From an uncultured Pseudomonadota bacterium (lineage in GTDB: Bacteria > SAR324 > NAC60-12), in assembly GCA_913020725.1 (NCBI GenBank), contig CAJWCD010000099.1:1-13994 (forward strand): DNA of 13,994 nucleotides, given 5' to 3'. The notes under the pieces are model-generated. The model was not told the DNA's origin and searched no databases. It saw nothing but the letters and a program-made list of their open reading frames with translations. Both the position numbers and the translations under genes were made by a program. This document shows, piece after piece, positions 1 to 6,942 of the stretch (position 1 is its first letter; each line of letters starts with the position of its first letter).

Positions 1-2
1 TG

Positions 3-158
3 GTCTTGCTATCGGTGCCAAACAAGGAGCTGTGCGCGCGCGACGTCGGTCTCAACGCCACCGATGAGCAGCTTGAGGAGGTGCTGGACGACGACAACCC
101 CCGGCAGGCGCTCATGGCGCTCGTCGACGCCCTCGAGGATCGATCTCGAGGGCGATGA
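3..158 (+). other. 5'-truncated ORF fragment (frame 3) of uncertain origin
   Basis: Open from the window edge to TGA 156-158: VLLSVPNKELCARDVGLNATDEQLEEVLDDDNPRQALMALVDALEDRSRGR*. GC-rich and helical-looking. It is in a different frame from the PilT-like segment that follows. Confidence 0.3.
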
Positions 159-435
159 CGAGGAAGAGGACTTGCCGCTGCTGGAGCGAGACACCGATCC
201 TGAGCCCGCTCGCGCAACGTCTGCCTCAGGGGCGTCGGGAGCCGGACCGGTCGCGGTCGATCCCGAAGCAAAAGAAAGGATTCACGAAATTCTCCTTGAA
301 GCACGTCAGATGAAGGCCTCGGATGTCCATATCACCGCCGGACTTTCGCCCGTGGTGCGTCTGGCGTCTAAATTGAAGATCATGGATCGGCCGGTACTCT
401 CCGCGACGGAAACCGAAGGGGCGCTCACCGAGCCG
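139..435 (+). pseudogene. pilT: Truncated N-terminal fragment of a PilT/PilU-family type IV pilus ATPase
   Basis: Frame 1, 280-432: IHEILLEARQMKASDVHITAGLSPVVRLASKLKIMDRPVLSATETEGAL matches the PilT N-terminal 'ASDLHLxAGxPPxxRxxGxL...LS' pattern. Similarity stops at about 435 and no Walker A motif (GxTGSGKS/T) follows in the 64..759 ORF. Confidence 0.65.
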
Positions 436-665
436 GTCAGACCCCGCACCCGCAGGATGGCAGGCTCCCTTCTGGATTTGGGGGGCACCTGTCCTGTTCT
501 TTCCTGGAAGAGTCTCCGCTTAATGGCCTTGCGATACTCCCGCTGCACACAGATCGAGTTGCAGACCCCAGGTGCGTTTGCAAGCAGCTCTACGGGGTTC
601 TGGAGACCCACTACCCCAATGCACAGGAGCAATGCCAGACAGGATTTGATGAGCCTTGAAACCAT
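306..665 (-). CDS. Small putative exported protein; 3' end uncertain because it runs into the pilT fragment
   Basis: ATG at 665 gives MVSRLIKSCLALLLCIGVVGLQNPVELLA (signal-peptide-like), then CNSIC and a basic stretch. The part below about 436 is antisense to the pilT fragment. Confidence 0.4.
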   Translation of the reverse strand: MVSRLIKSCLALLLCIGVVGLQNPVELLANAPGVCNSICVQREYRKAIKRRLFQERTGQVPPKSRREPAILRVRGLTGSVSAPSVSVAESTGRSMIFNLDARRTTGESPAVIWTSEAFI

Positions 666-690
666 GACCAATAACGGATTGGTGAACACC

Positions 691-713
691 GGGTTCGGCA
701 ATAGACCGAACCC
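691..713. repeat. REP-like perfect hairpin
   Basis: GGGTTCGG-CAATAGA-CCGAACCC: 8-bp perfect inverted repeat with a 7-nt loop, in intergenic DNA. Confidence 0.55.
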
Positions 714-867
714 TCCCAATCTCGTTATCGGCAGAAAAAAGGTTTACTTGAGGCCATGATGGAACCGAGTTGATCCCATGTTTGGTAGGCGAAGGGTGAG
801 CAGGTCTCCTGATCAGAAGGTTTAGTAGGACGGAGCCGTGCAATGCACGTTCAAATCAGGCGTGGAA

Positions 868-1140
868 TCAATTCGAAAAGAGTTTTCGATAAATGAAAAA
901 CCCGATGATGAGGAAGTAGGCCGCAGTGAGGATGGCCGCGATCAGGCGTCCGTGGTGGTAGGATTCCTCCCAGGCGATGCGCTCGCGGTCATGATCGTCC
1001 AATTCATTGTCCCAGAACCACTCATTGGTGTGGATGGTGGAGCGGTAATGGAACCAGAAAATCAGATGGGCTACGCCGTAGTTCAAAACGAACGGCAAGG
1101 CCACTCCAATCAGCAAAACGATGATGTATTTCAATAACAC
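868..1140 (-). CDS. Small hypothetical membrane protein (2 TM)
   Basis: 90 aa with two hydrophobic segments flanking WFWDNELDDHDRERIAWEES. GTG start with GGAGAG just upstream. Confidence 0.7.
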   Translation of the reverse strand: MLLKYIIVLLIGVALPFVLNYGVAHLIFWFHYRSTIHTNEWFWDNELDDHDRERIAWEESYHHGRLIAAILTAAYFLIIGFFIYRKLFSN

Positions 1141-1262
1141 GGACTCTCCGACGGTCTGGTTGCTTTAGGGCTGTGTGGCCGCGTAAGCCTAACAGACAAA
1201 ACCAATAACCTAGCCGGAACTGCGACAAAAGGGGAGCAAATAAGGAGGTCGTTTTCTTTGTG

Positions 1263-1281
1263 TGGTTAATATTATGTTAAT
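1263..1281 (+). promoter_or_regulatory. AT-rich 19-bp putative protein-binding motif (XerD half-site-like / GTTAA-N6-GTTAA)
   Basis: TGGTTAATATTATGTTAAT. Its exact reverse complement is at 13875-13893. Confidence 0.55.
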
Positions 1282-1315
1282 ATAAGTTACCTTGTCTCTA
1301 AGCTAAGCCCCGTTA

Positions 1316-1633
1316 CTACTCCAACTCCAGCATCAACTCCACCATCCCTTCTTGAAGCCGACAGAACGCTGAGCCTTTGCCATCCGCATAAGTGAATCCT
1401 CGTGTGACGAGGGTGAGGTTGTCCAGTTTCCGGACGGAGGAAGTGAGAGCGCTGGTTTCGATGGGACTGCCCAATTCTTGGACAATGGCCTCGTCACAGG
1501 CTGCAAGTGCAGGATTTTTTGGAGTTTTCGAATCTGTGCCGGTCAGCAGGGCACGATCGGTTTTCGAGAAATAAACGAAGCCGATGATGAGGATTGCGGA
1601 ACCCACGGCGGTTATGATAGTTTTCAGGGTCAT
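1316..1633 (-). CDS. Hypothetical protein with N-terminal membrane anchor
   Basis: 105 aa, ATG start, hydrophobic N-terminus (IITAVGSAILIIGFVYF), two Cys (AACDE, AFCRL). Same strand as its neighbours. Confidence 0.7.
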   Translation of the reverse strand: MTLKTIITAVGSAILIIGFVYFSKTDRALLTGTDSKTPKNPALAACDEAIVQELGSPIETSALTSSVRKLDNLTLVTRGFTYADGKGSAFCRLQEGMVELMLELE

Positions 1634-1695
1634 GGTTCGTTCGGTGGCTGGTTGGTGGTGGTTGGCGGTTGATGTTGGTTCTTGACAGCGTACTG

Positions 1696-2061
1696 CTATT
1701 CGTCATGAAAATTCAGTTCCAGCCGGACACCATTGGGGTCGTTCACGAACAACTGGCGGATGTTCGAATCTGGAACCACTCGTTGCTCGTAGGGCTGGGC
1801 AAGCGCGTTGAGCCGAGCTTTGCAGCCTACAAAATCATTGGCCAGCAGGGCGACATGGTTGATCGCTCCCGTGGAGGTGTTTGTGAGCTCATCCACACCG
1901 ACAAGGTGAACCAGCGCCTGCTCTCCGGAATAGAGCCACGCTCCCGGAAATGTGAAGGGTGGGCGTGCGCCGTTCCGTAGTCCAAGCACCTGCTCGTAAA
2001 AGCGAATCGTGCCTTCAAGATCGGTGGTTTCAATGTTGATGTGGTCGAGTCCGGAGATCAT
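1696..2061 (-). CDS. VOC (glyoxalase/bleomycin resistance/dioxygenase) family protein
   Basis: 121 aa with LDHINIET...FYEQVLGL...GAWLY...INHVAL...QLFVNDPNGVRLEL, the typical VOC motifs and His/His/Glu metal ligands. Confidence 0.9.
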   Translation of the reverse strand: MISGLDHINIETTDLEGTIRFYEQVLGLRNGARPPFTFPGAWLYSGEQALVHLVGVDELTNTSTGAINHVALLANDFVGCKARLNALAQPYEQRVVPDSNIRQLFVNDPNGVRLELNFHDE

Positions 2062-2074
2062 GGGCTTAAAAGGA

Positions 2075-2113
2075 AGTATTCAGGAGTCAGTATTCAGGAG
2101 TCAGTATTCAGGA
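2075..2113. repeat. Tandem repeat, 14-bp unit made of two heptamers (AGTATTC + AGGAGTC), about 2.8 copies
   Basis: AGTATTCAGGAGTC x2 + AGTATTCAGGA. An inverted remnant CTGACTCC lies at 2210-2217. Confidence 0.85.
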
Positions 2114-2227
2114 ATTGGGATGGTACAAGGATGGCGAAGACAATTCCAGTAATCAGCTGACTATTTCGAGCAGAGTCCAGCCCTTTCCAAGTTCCGCAAC
2201 ATCCTGGCCCTGACTCCGAGATTTCCA

Positions 2228-3418
2228 TTATGTGGTATAAAACGCATTTCCCGCAACAAACTCTTGGGAGAGATCGCACCCCCAAAAGGTTTCTTGATGA
2301 TTGCCGTTTCCGACCGAGACCTCAAGCTGCACCTCAGCAGACTGGAGTTGTGTTCTCAGCGAGGTGAGATCCACAGTTCCAGCATTGACGAGGGCACTGT
2401 TGAGTCGCAGGACTCCGGACGCGGTGGGAAAACGGATTTCCAGATCGTCAAGGGCAACCGGATGCTCAAAGACCTTGCCAACCGCCATGACGATGCGGCC
2501 CCAATTGGGATCACCGCCGTGAAAGGCGGTTTTCACGAGGGGAGAGTTGAGGATGGAACGCCCAATCCGGACGGCCATTTCCTGCGAATCTGCTCCGGAG
2601 ACGGTCAACTCGATGGTTTTGGTGACACCCTCGCCGTTGCGCACAATCTCTTTGGCGAGGAAGGTGCAGCCTTCGTTGAGAGCTTCCGCAAATTCCGCTT
2701 CATCCACAGGTCCGGCCAGTCCGTTGGCGAGCAGGGCCACAGTGTCGCTCGTGGAGGTGTCGGAATCAATGGAGATGCGGTTGAAACTGCGGTTGACCGC
2801 CTTCCGGAGCAAAGGGTCCAGACGCTCCGCCGGAAGTTTGGCATCGGTGACAAAATAGGAGAGCATGGTGGCCATGTTCGGCTCGATCATGCCGGCGCCC
2901 TTTGCTACTCCGACGAGGGTGGCTGGGCCAATGCGGGTGCAGAACCACTTGGGCCAGCGGTCGGTGGTCATGATCGCGCGGGCGAAGCGTTCCAAGGCCT
3001 GCGTGTCGGACCCAAGGTTTTCCCGGATTTTCTGACAACCCTGTTCGATGCGCTTGATGGGCAGCGGCACGCCGATCACTCCAGTTGAACTGGGCAGCAC
3101 GAGCGTTTCCGGGAGGCCCAACTGTTCGCCAACCCAACGACTGAGGCTGCGGGCGTGTTCGAGACCCCGTGCGCCGGTGGCGACATTCGCGTTTTTCGAG
3201 ACCACGGCGATGGCCTGCAAACGCCCATCCTTGAGGAACTCCCGACCCACGATCACCGGCGCTCCGGGAAAGTTGTTGCGTGTGAACACGGCGGCGGCGG
3301 TGCATTCGCATTCGGACGCGACCACGCCGAAATCGAGAGTGTCGTCCTTGATGCCGATGTTCAGGCCCAGCCACTGGAATCCAGGAACGGGCAGCAGTGG
3401 AGGATTGCGTTGGTTCAT
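2228..3418 (-). CDS. argJ: Glutamate N-acetyltransferase / ornithine acetyltransferase ArgJ
   Basis: Motifs SSTGVIG, AIMTTD, KGAGMIEPNMATML (autocleavage Thr), DSDTSTSD, NGEG, PNWGRI and C-terminal NAFYTT. Start moved to ATG 3418 (MNQRNPP, 396 aa). Confidence 0.96.
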   Translation of the reverse strand: MNQRNPPLLPVPGFQWLGLNIGIKDDTLDFGVVASECECTAAAVFTRNNFPGAPVIVGREFLKDGRLQAIAVVSKNANVATGARGLEHARSLSRWVGEQLGLPETLVLPSSTGVIGVPLPIKRIEQGCQKIRENLGSDTQALERFARAIMTTDRWPKWFCTRIGPATLVGVAKGAGMIEPNMATMLSYFVTDAKLPAERLDPLLRKAVNRSFNRISIDSDTSTSDTVALLANGLAGPVDEAEFAEALNEGCTFLAKEIVRNGEGVTKTIELTVSGADSQEMAVRIGRSILNSPLVKTAFHGGDPNWGRIVMAVGKVFEHPVALDDLEIRFPTASGVLRLNSALVNAGTVDLTSLRTQLQSAEVQLEVSVGNGNHQETFWGCDLSQEFVAGNAFYTT

Positions 3419-3436
3419 TGGTGATTCTCTTGCATG

Positions 3437-3613
3437 ATGAACAGTTGTCAGTTGTCGGTAGGCTGGTTGTGTGTGCAATCTCCTACCTTTAGGAAAACTG
3501 ATAACTGTTCCCGGCCAAAGGAGCAAGACGGCATATCAGTGAACAGTGATCAGGGGCTAACTGCTAACGTTTCACTACAGGCGACTGACAACTGACAACT
3601 GATAACTGTTCAT
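3437..3613. repeat. Heptamer-repeat element bounded by a 23-bp inverted repeat (MITE/REP-like)
   Basis: ATGAACAGTTGTCAGTTGTCGGT (3437-3459) pairs with ACTGACAACTGATAACTGTTCAT (3591-3613), 21/23. Internal heptamer runs at 3496-3509, 3534-3554 and 3556-3569. Confidence 0.8.
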
Positions 3614-4862
3614 GGTTCCTATCTCCGAAGAACTGCAAAGTTACGGCATCAGCGATGAGGCGTACCAGCAGAAGCGCAAGGAAATCTCCGGCGGGGACAA
3701 ATCCCAAGCGGCTCAGGACAATGTGGTCGAGGCGCTTTTGCAGGAGCGCGTCGAGCAGGCGACCGAGTGGGTAGGCAAGCAGATTGCGTATTGGTACTAC
3801 GCGGTTTTCAAGGATCGCAGAGATCGGGACTCTTTCAAGGAACAGCAACTCTCGCACCAGTGCCGCATCAACGCGCTGGAGATGGAGGGAGCAGATAAGG
3901 TCCAGATCAACGCCAGTGCGTGTTGCGGCGAGTGTCACAAAATGCACAAGAAGGTCTTGAGCGCAAAGGTGGCGCGGCTGCGGTTGCCGATTCCCAGTCC
4001 TAAATGCAAGAGCCGCCTCAACTCTGAATACATCTGGTGCACGACGCTTTACGTTCCGGCACGAGCGGACGAGCAGGAAACCCAACCCCCGCCGCCCGCC
4101 GTGAAGGATGTGCCCAAACCCCCGGAATTGGTAGCCCCCAAGGACGGCGGCGGATCGGGCGGCGGCACTTTGGTCCAAGTGAGGGCGTTGGGCGAGTCGG
4201 TGGGCGAGACCGCCAAGCAGATTTCCGATTATGCGGGGCCAGCCGTTGCGGTCATGGTGGGAGTGGCATTGGCGTTGTTCCACCTGCCTGCCGGATTGCT
4301 TCTGCTGGGATTGGGGGTCTTGGTGATTCCGCAGATTTACAAACCACTCACGCGCATGGTGCCGTGGCTACAAGGACGCTTGGCCCGCTTTGGGCTGCTG
4401 CTGATCGGGTTGCTGCTGGTTTTGCTGCTGCTGCTGCTTTCCGAATGGGTGAGCCGTCAAGAACCAGAACCCAAACTCAAACCGCTGCCCGCCTACTCGG
4501 TGGAATCCACCGAGGATCGGTCCATTTCGACACGCTCCCGACTCAAGGTCGTGGTGCGAGTGACCGAACCCGTCACCCCGCAGGAAATGGCGCAACTCGC
4601 CATGCGGGCCGCGCAGGACTTGCAGCGTTCCATGAGTCCGGATGATCCTCGGCACAACAGCTTTGAGCATCTGCAAGTGCGGGTCGAAGGCATCCATCCT
4701 GTCACGGGCAAACCGGCGGTGCTGTCGGAGGCAGAGTTTGCTCCGGACGGTCGGGGACGCGCTGGAGTGATCAGCAGTGACCCGCAGAATCAGTGGTCGT
4801 GGAAAGTGCGCGTCAATAAATCCGGAGGAACAGGGTCGCTTGAGGAGGTGTTCAGCAAGTGA
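3612..4862 (+). CDS. Hypothetical membrane protein: Cys-rich N-terminal domain, Pro/Gly linker, TM helices, C-terminal soluble domain
   Basis: 416 aa with coding-like composition: CCGECHK...LPIPSPKC...WCTTLY, PPPPA/GGGSGGG linker, 2-3 hydrophobic segments, then AMRAAQDLQ...FAPDGRG...WSWKV. Confidence 0.8.
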   Translation: MVPISEELQSYGISDEAYQQKRKEISGGDKSQAAQDNVVEALLQERVEQATEWVGKQIAYWYYAVFKDRRDRDSFKEQQLSHQCRINALEMEGADKVQINASACCGECHKMHKKVLSAKVARLRLPIPSPKCKSRLNSEYIWCTTLYVPARADEQETQPPPPAVKDVPKPPELVAPKDGGGSGGGTLVQVRALGESVGETAKQISDYAGPAVAVMVGVALALFHLPAGLLLLGLGVLVIPQIYKPLTRMVPWLQGRLARFGLLLIGLLLVLLLLLLSEWVSRQEPEPKLKPLPAYSVESTEDRSISTRSRLKVVVRVTEPVTPQEMAQLAMRAAQDLQRSMSPDDPRHNSFEHLQVRVEGIHPVTGKPAVLSEAEFAPDGRGRAGVISSDPQNQWSWKVRVNKSGGTGSLEEVFSK

Positions 4863-4869
4863 TTCTGAG

Positions 4870-4908
4870 AGTAAACAGTAAACAGTTATCAGTCCACAAA
4901 CTGACCAC
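4870..4908. repeat. Heptamer tandem repeat between convergent genes
   Basis: AGTAAAC AGTAAAC AGTTATC AGTCCAC followed by opposite-sense AAACTGACCAC. Confidence 0.75.
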
Positions 4909-4909
4909 C

Positions 4910-5749
4910 TCACCGAAAGCCGCGCAGGGGCAGGTCGGAGTGGCGCTGCAACCAGTTCCACTCTGGATACGGGAGGTCTTGCTCAATGAGGTGCAGGGTG
5001 TAAGCGTGACGGGTGCGGGTCGAACGGTTAGGCAGGCTGCGGTGGGGCAACAGGCCGTGGAGCAACACCAAGGTTCCCGATTCCACCTCCAGCGGGACGA
5101 GCCGCGAATCGTCCCACAGTGTGTCATCCAGCGTTTCGAATTCGGTAGTGTTGTGCGGAGTGCGCTTGAACAACGATTTCAAGCCCTCTCGGTGTCCCCC
5201 GGGGAGGGTCCAGAGGCAGCCGTTTTCAAGGTCAGCGTCCTCCAGCGCTATCCAAAACCCCATCACACTGGAAGGTTCGGTGATCAGAAAAGTCGCATCC
5301 TGATGACAGTCGACGGCCCCGCCAATGTGGGGTTGCTTGAAGATGTACATGGACTGGATCAGGACTGGATTGCAGAATCCCAACTCTGAAGCGATCTCTC
5401 CAAAGCGGGCATCCCGGGAGAATTCATCGAACACGGGATCGAGATCGTGAAGCGCATGGCCGACCTTGTTAACCGAAAGCTCCTTTTCCTGACGGAGGTT
5501 TCCGCCGGTATCAAAGGCGTCCTCCTCAAAAAAGAAGCGGATTTTATCTCCGGAGTTGAGAAAGTGATCGTCAGAATTTCGCTCCTGTTCGTCGGTGGTG
5601 AAAATGCTCCGATGTGCGGTTGGGTCAAAACCCTGTAGCAGTTCACTCATGCGATTTCGAACCTGTTGAATTGCGGAGTCGGAGATAAAGTCCGGAAGCA
5701 CTAGGTGTCCGGATTCCGCGAACGATAAGATTTCTTTTTCTGACAACAT
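4910..5749 (-). CDS. Phytanoyl-CoA dioxygenase (PhyH/PHYHD1-like) Fe(II)/2-oxoglutarate dioxygenase
   Basis: QSMYIFKQPHIGG, HQD iron motif, WIALEDADLENGCL, distal His/Arg in LPHRSLPNRS...RHAYTLH. Start moved to ATG 5749 (MLSEKE, 279 aa). Confidence 0.92.
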   Translation of the reverse strand: MLSEKEILSFAESGHLVLPDFISDSAIQQVRNRMSELLQGFDPTAHRSIFTTDEQERNSDDHFLNSGDKIRFFFEEDAFDTGGNLRQEKELSVNKVGHALHDLDPVFDEFSRDARFGEIASELGFCNPVLIQSMYIFKQPHIGGAVDCHQDATFLITEPSSVMGFWIALEDADLENGCLWTLPGGHREGLKSLFKRTPHNTTEFETLDDTLWDDSRLVPLEVESGTLVLLHGLLPHRSLPNRSTRTRHAYTLHLIEQDLPYPEWNWLQRHSDLPLRGFR

Positions 5750-5852
5750 GTTGCTTCGTGAGGCCGTGTGGTTGCAAGCGCTCAAACCGTAGTATAGCAT
5801 GGTTGAACCGAAAGTTTTTCTCAGGATTTTTAGCGAATGTATGTAAAATATT

Positions 5853-6911
5853 ATGTTTAATAAAACCGCCCTTCCTCTCCTAACCATCACCATTTTAATT
5901 AGCGGACTTCACCTGCTCCGCGAACTCCTCATCCCTCTTGCTCTGGCCACCCTGCTCGTTTACCTGACGGAACCCCTCAACCGAATGCTGATTCGGATGA
6001 AGATTCCGGGGGTTTTCCGAGTTCCCGTGATTCTCGGAGTCACGACTCTGGGGGTGCTGGGCTTGAGTCGCCTTGTCATGAGCAATCTGCTCGCACTGGG
6101 CAAGTCACTGCCGCATTATGAAGCACGGCTCGACGAATTGTTCAGTGATTTGCTGAACGGGTTGGGGCTGGAACGCTCCGAGTTGGAATTTCTCAAGGGC
6201 GACCAAAACTGGTTTGCTTACCTGCAACCAGAAACCCTCACCTCGCTGCTCAGTTCCGGATTTGTGCAGACTCTGGATTTTTTGGGGAACTTGGCGTTGG
6301 TGCTACTTTTCATGATTTACCTGCTGTTTGAGCGCGAAGCTTTTTCCCTCCGCATCCAGAGGCTGTTTCAAGGAGAACGATCCCGGCAAGTGCTTGAAAT
6401 CATGGCACAGATCAACGAGGCGGTCCTCAGCTACCTCAACATCAAAACGATGGTCTCGGCGGTCACAGGACTCTCCACCGCCATCATTCTGTGGTTGTTC
6501 GGCGTGGAGTTTGCCGTGTTTTGGGGCTTCCTCACCTTCATGCTCAACTTCATTCCAACCGTGGGTTCCCTGCTGGCGATCATCCCGCCCGTGCTGCTGG
6601 CCGTGATTCAGTTGGACTCGATCTCGCTGGTTTTGCTCGTTCTCACTAGCTTGGGTGTGCTACAGTTTCTGGTGGGGAATGTCATCGAACCGCTGGTCTT
6701 GGGGGATCGTCTCAACCTTTCTCCACTTGTGGTGCTGCTCTCCCTCATCTTCTGGGGGTGGCTGTGGGGAGTGGTGGGAATGCTGCTTTCGGTTCCAATC
6801 ATGTCAGCGGTCAAGATCACACTGTCCCGCACTCCGGGTGGTGAGCTTTGGGCACAATTCATGGAAGATCCCCGGAAAACGCACGACCGACCACCGACCA
6901 CTGACCACTGA
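5853..6911 (+). CDS. AI-2E family transporter (PerM/TqsA-like)
   Basis: 352 aa multi-TM protein with YLNIKT...FWGFLTFMLNFIPTVGS...GNVIEP...LNLSPLVVLLSLIFWGWLWGVVGMLLSVP. Confidence 0.93.
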   Translation: MFNKTALPLLTITILISGLHLLRELLIPLALATLLVYLTEPLNRMLIRMKIPGVFRVPVILGVTTLGVLGLSRLVMSNLLALGKSLPHYEARLDELFSDLLNGLGLERSELEFLKGDQNWFAYLQPETLTSLLSSGFVQTLDFLGNLALVLLFMIYLLFEREAFSLRIQRLFQGERSRQVLEIMAQINEAVLSYLNIKTMVSAVTGLSTAIILWLFGVEFAVFWGFLTFMLNFIPTVGSLLAIIPPVLLAVIQLDSISLVLLVLTSLGVLQFLVGNVIEPLVLGDRLNLSPLVVLLSLIFWGWLWGVVGMLLSVPIMSAVKITLSRTPGGELWAQFMEDPRKTHDRPPTTDH

Positions 6912-6941
6912 CCATTGATAACTGCTAACTGCTAACTGAAA
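6886..6941. repeat. Heptamer tandem array (8 units) spanning the AI-2E stop codon and the intergenic gap
   Basis: ACCGACC ACCGACC ACTGACC ACTGACC ATTGATA ACTGCTA ACTGCTA ACTGAAA. Confidence 0.88.
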
Positions 6942-6942
6942 A

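Noticed and set aside
64..759. 231-aa ORF as one real gene
   Set aside because: Only about 139-435 looks protein-like (PilT). The start is out of frame with the better frame-3 reading, and the tail is antisense to another ORF.
800..812. GCAGGTCTCCTGA, whose reverse complement resembles the 3' end of a cobalamin riboswitch
   Set aside because: The upstream core elements (AGGGAA, GCCACTG, GGGAAG) are absent on the minus strand and there is no B12-related gene downstream.
1255..1282. Complete dif site
   Set aside because: Only the XerD-like arm matches. The XerC-arm position (TCTTTGTGTGG; AAAAAATATGG in the other copy) does not.
2075..2113. CRISPR array
   Set aside because: The repeats are short, directly adjacent and lack spacers, and there are no cas genes. 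The same holds for all heptamer arrays.
2264..3088. 274-aa plus-strand ORF and other long overlapping ORFs (3564-4283, 4037-4645, 4859-5389, 11535-12074, 12371-12886)
   Set aside because: They are antisense or off-frame shadows of well-supported genes and carry no recognisable motifs.
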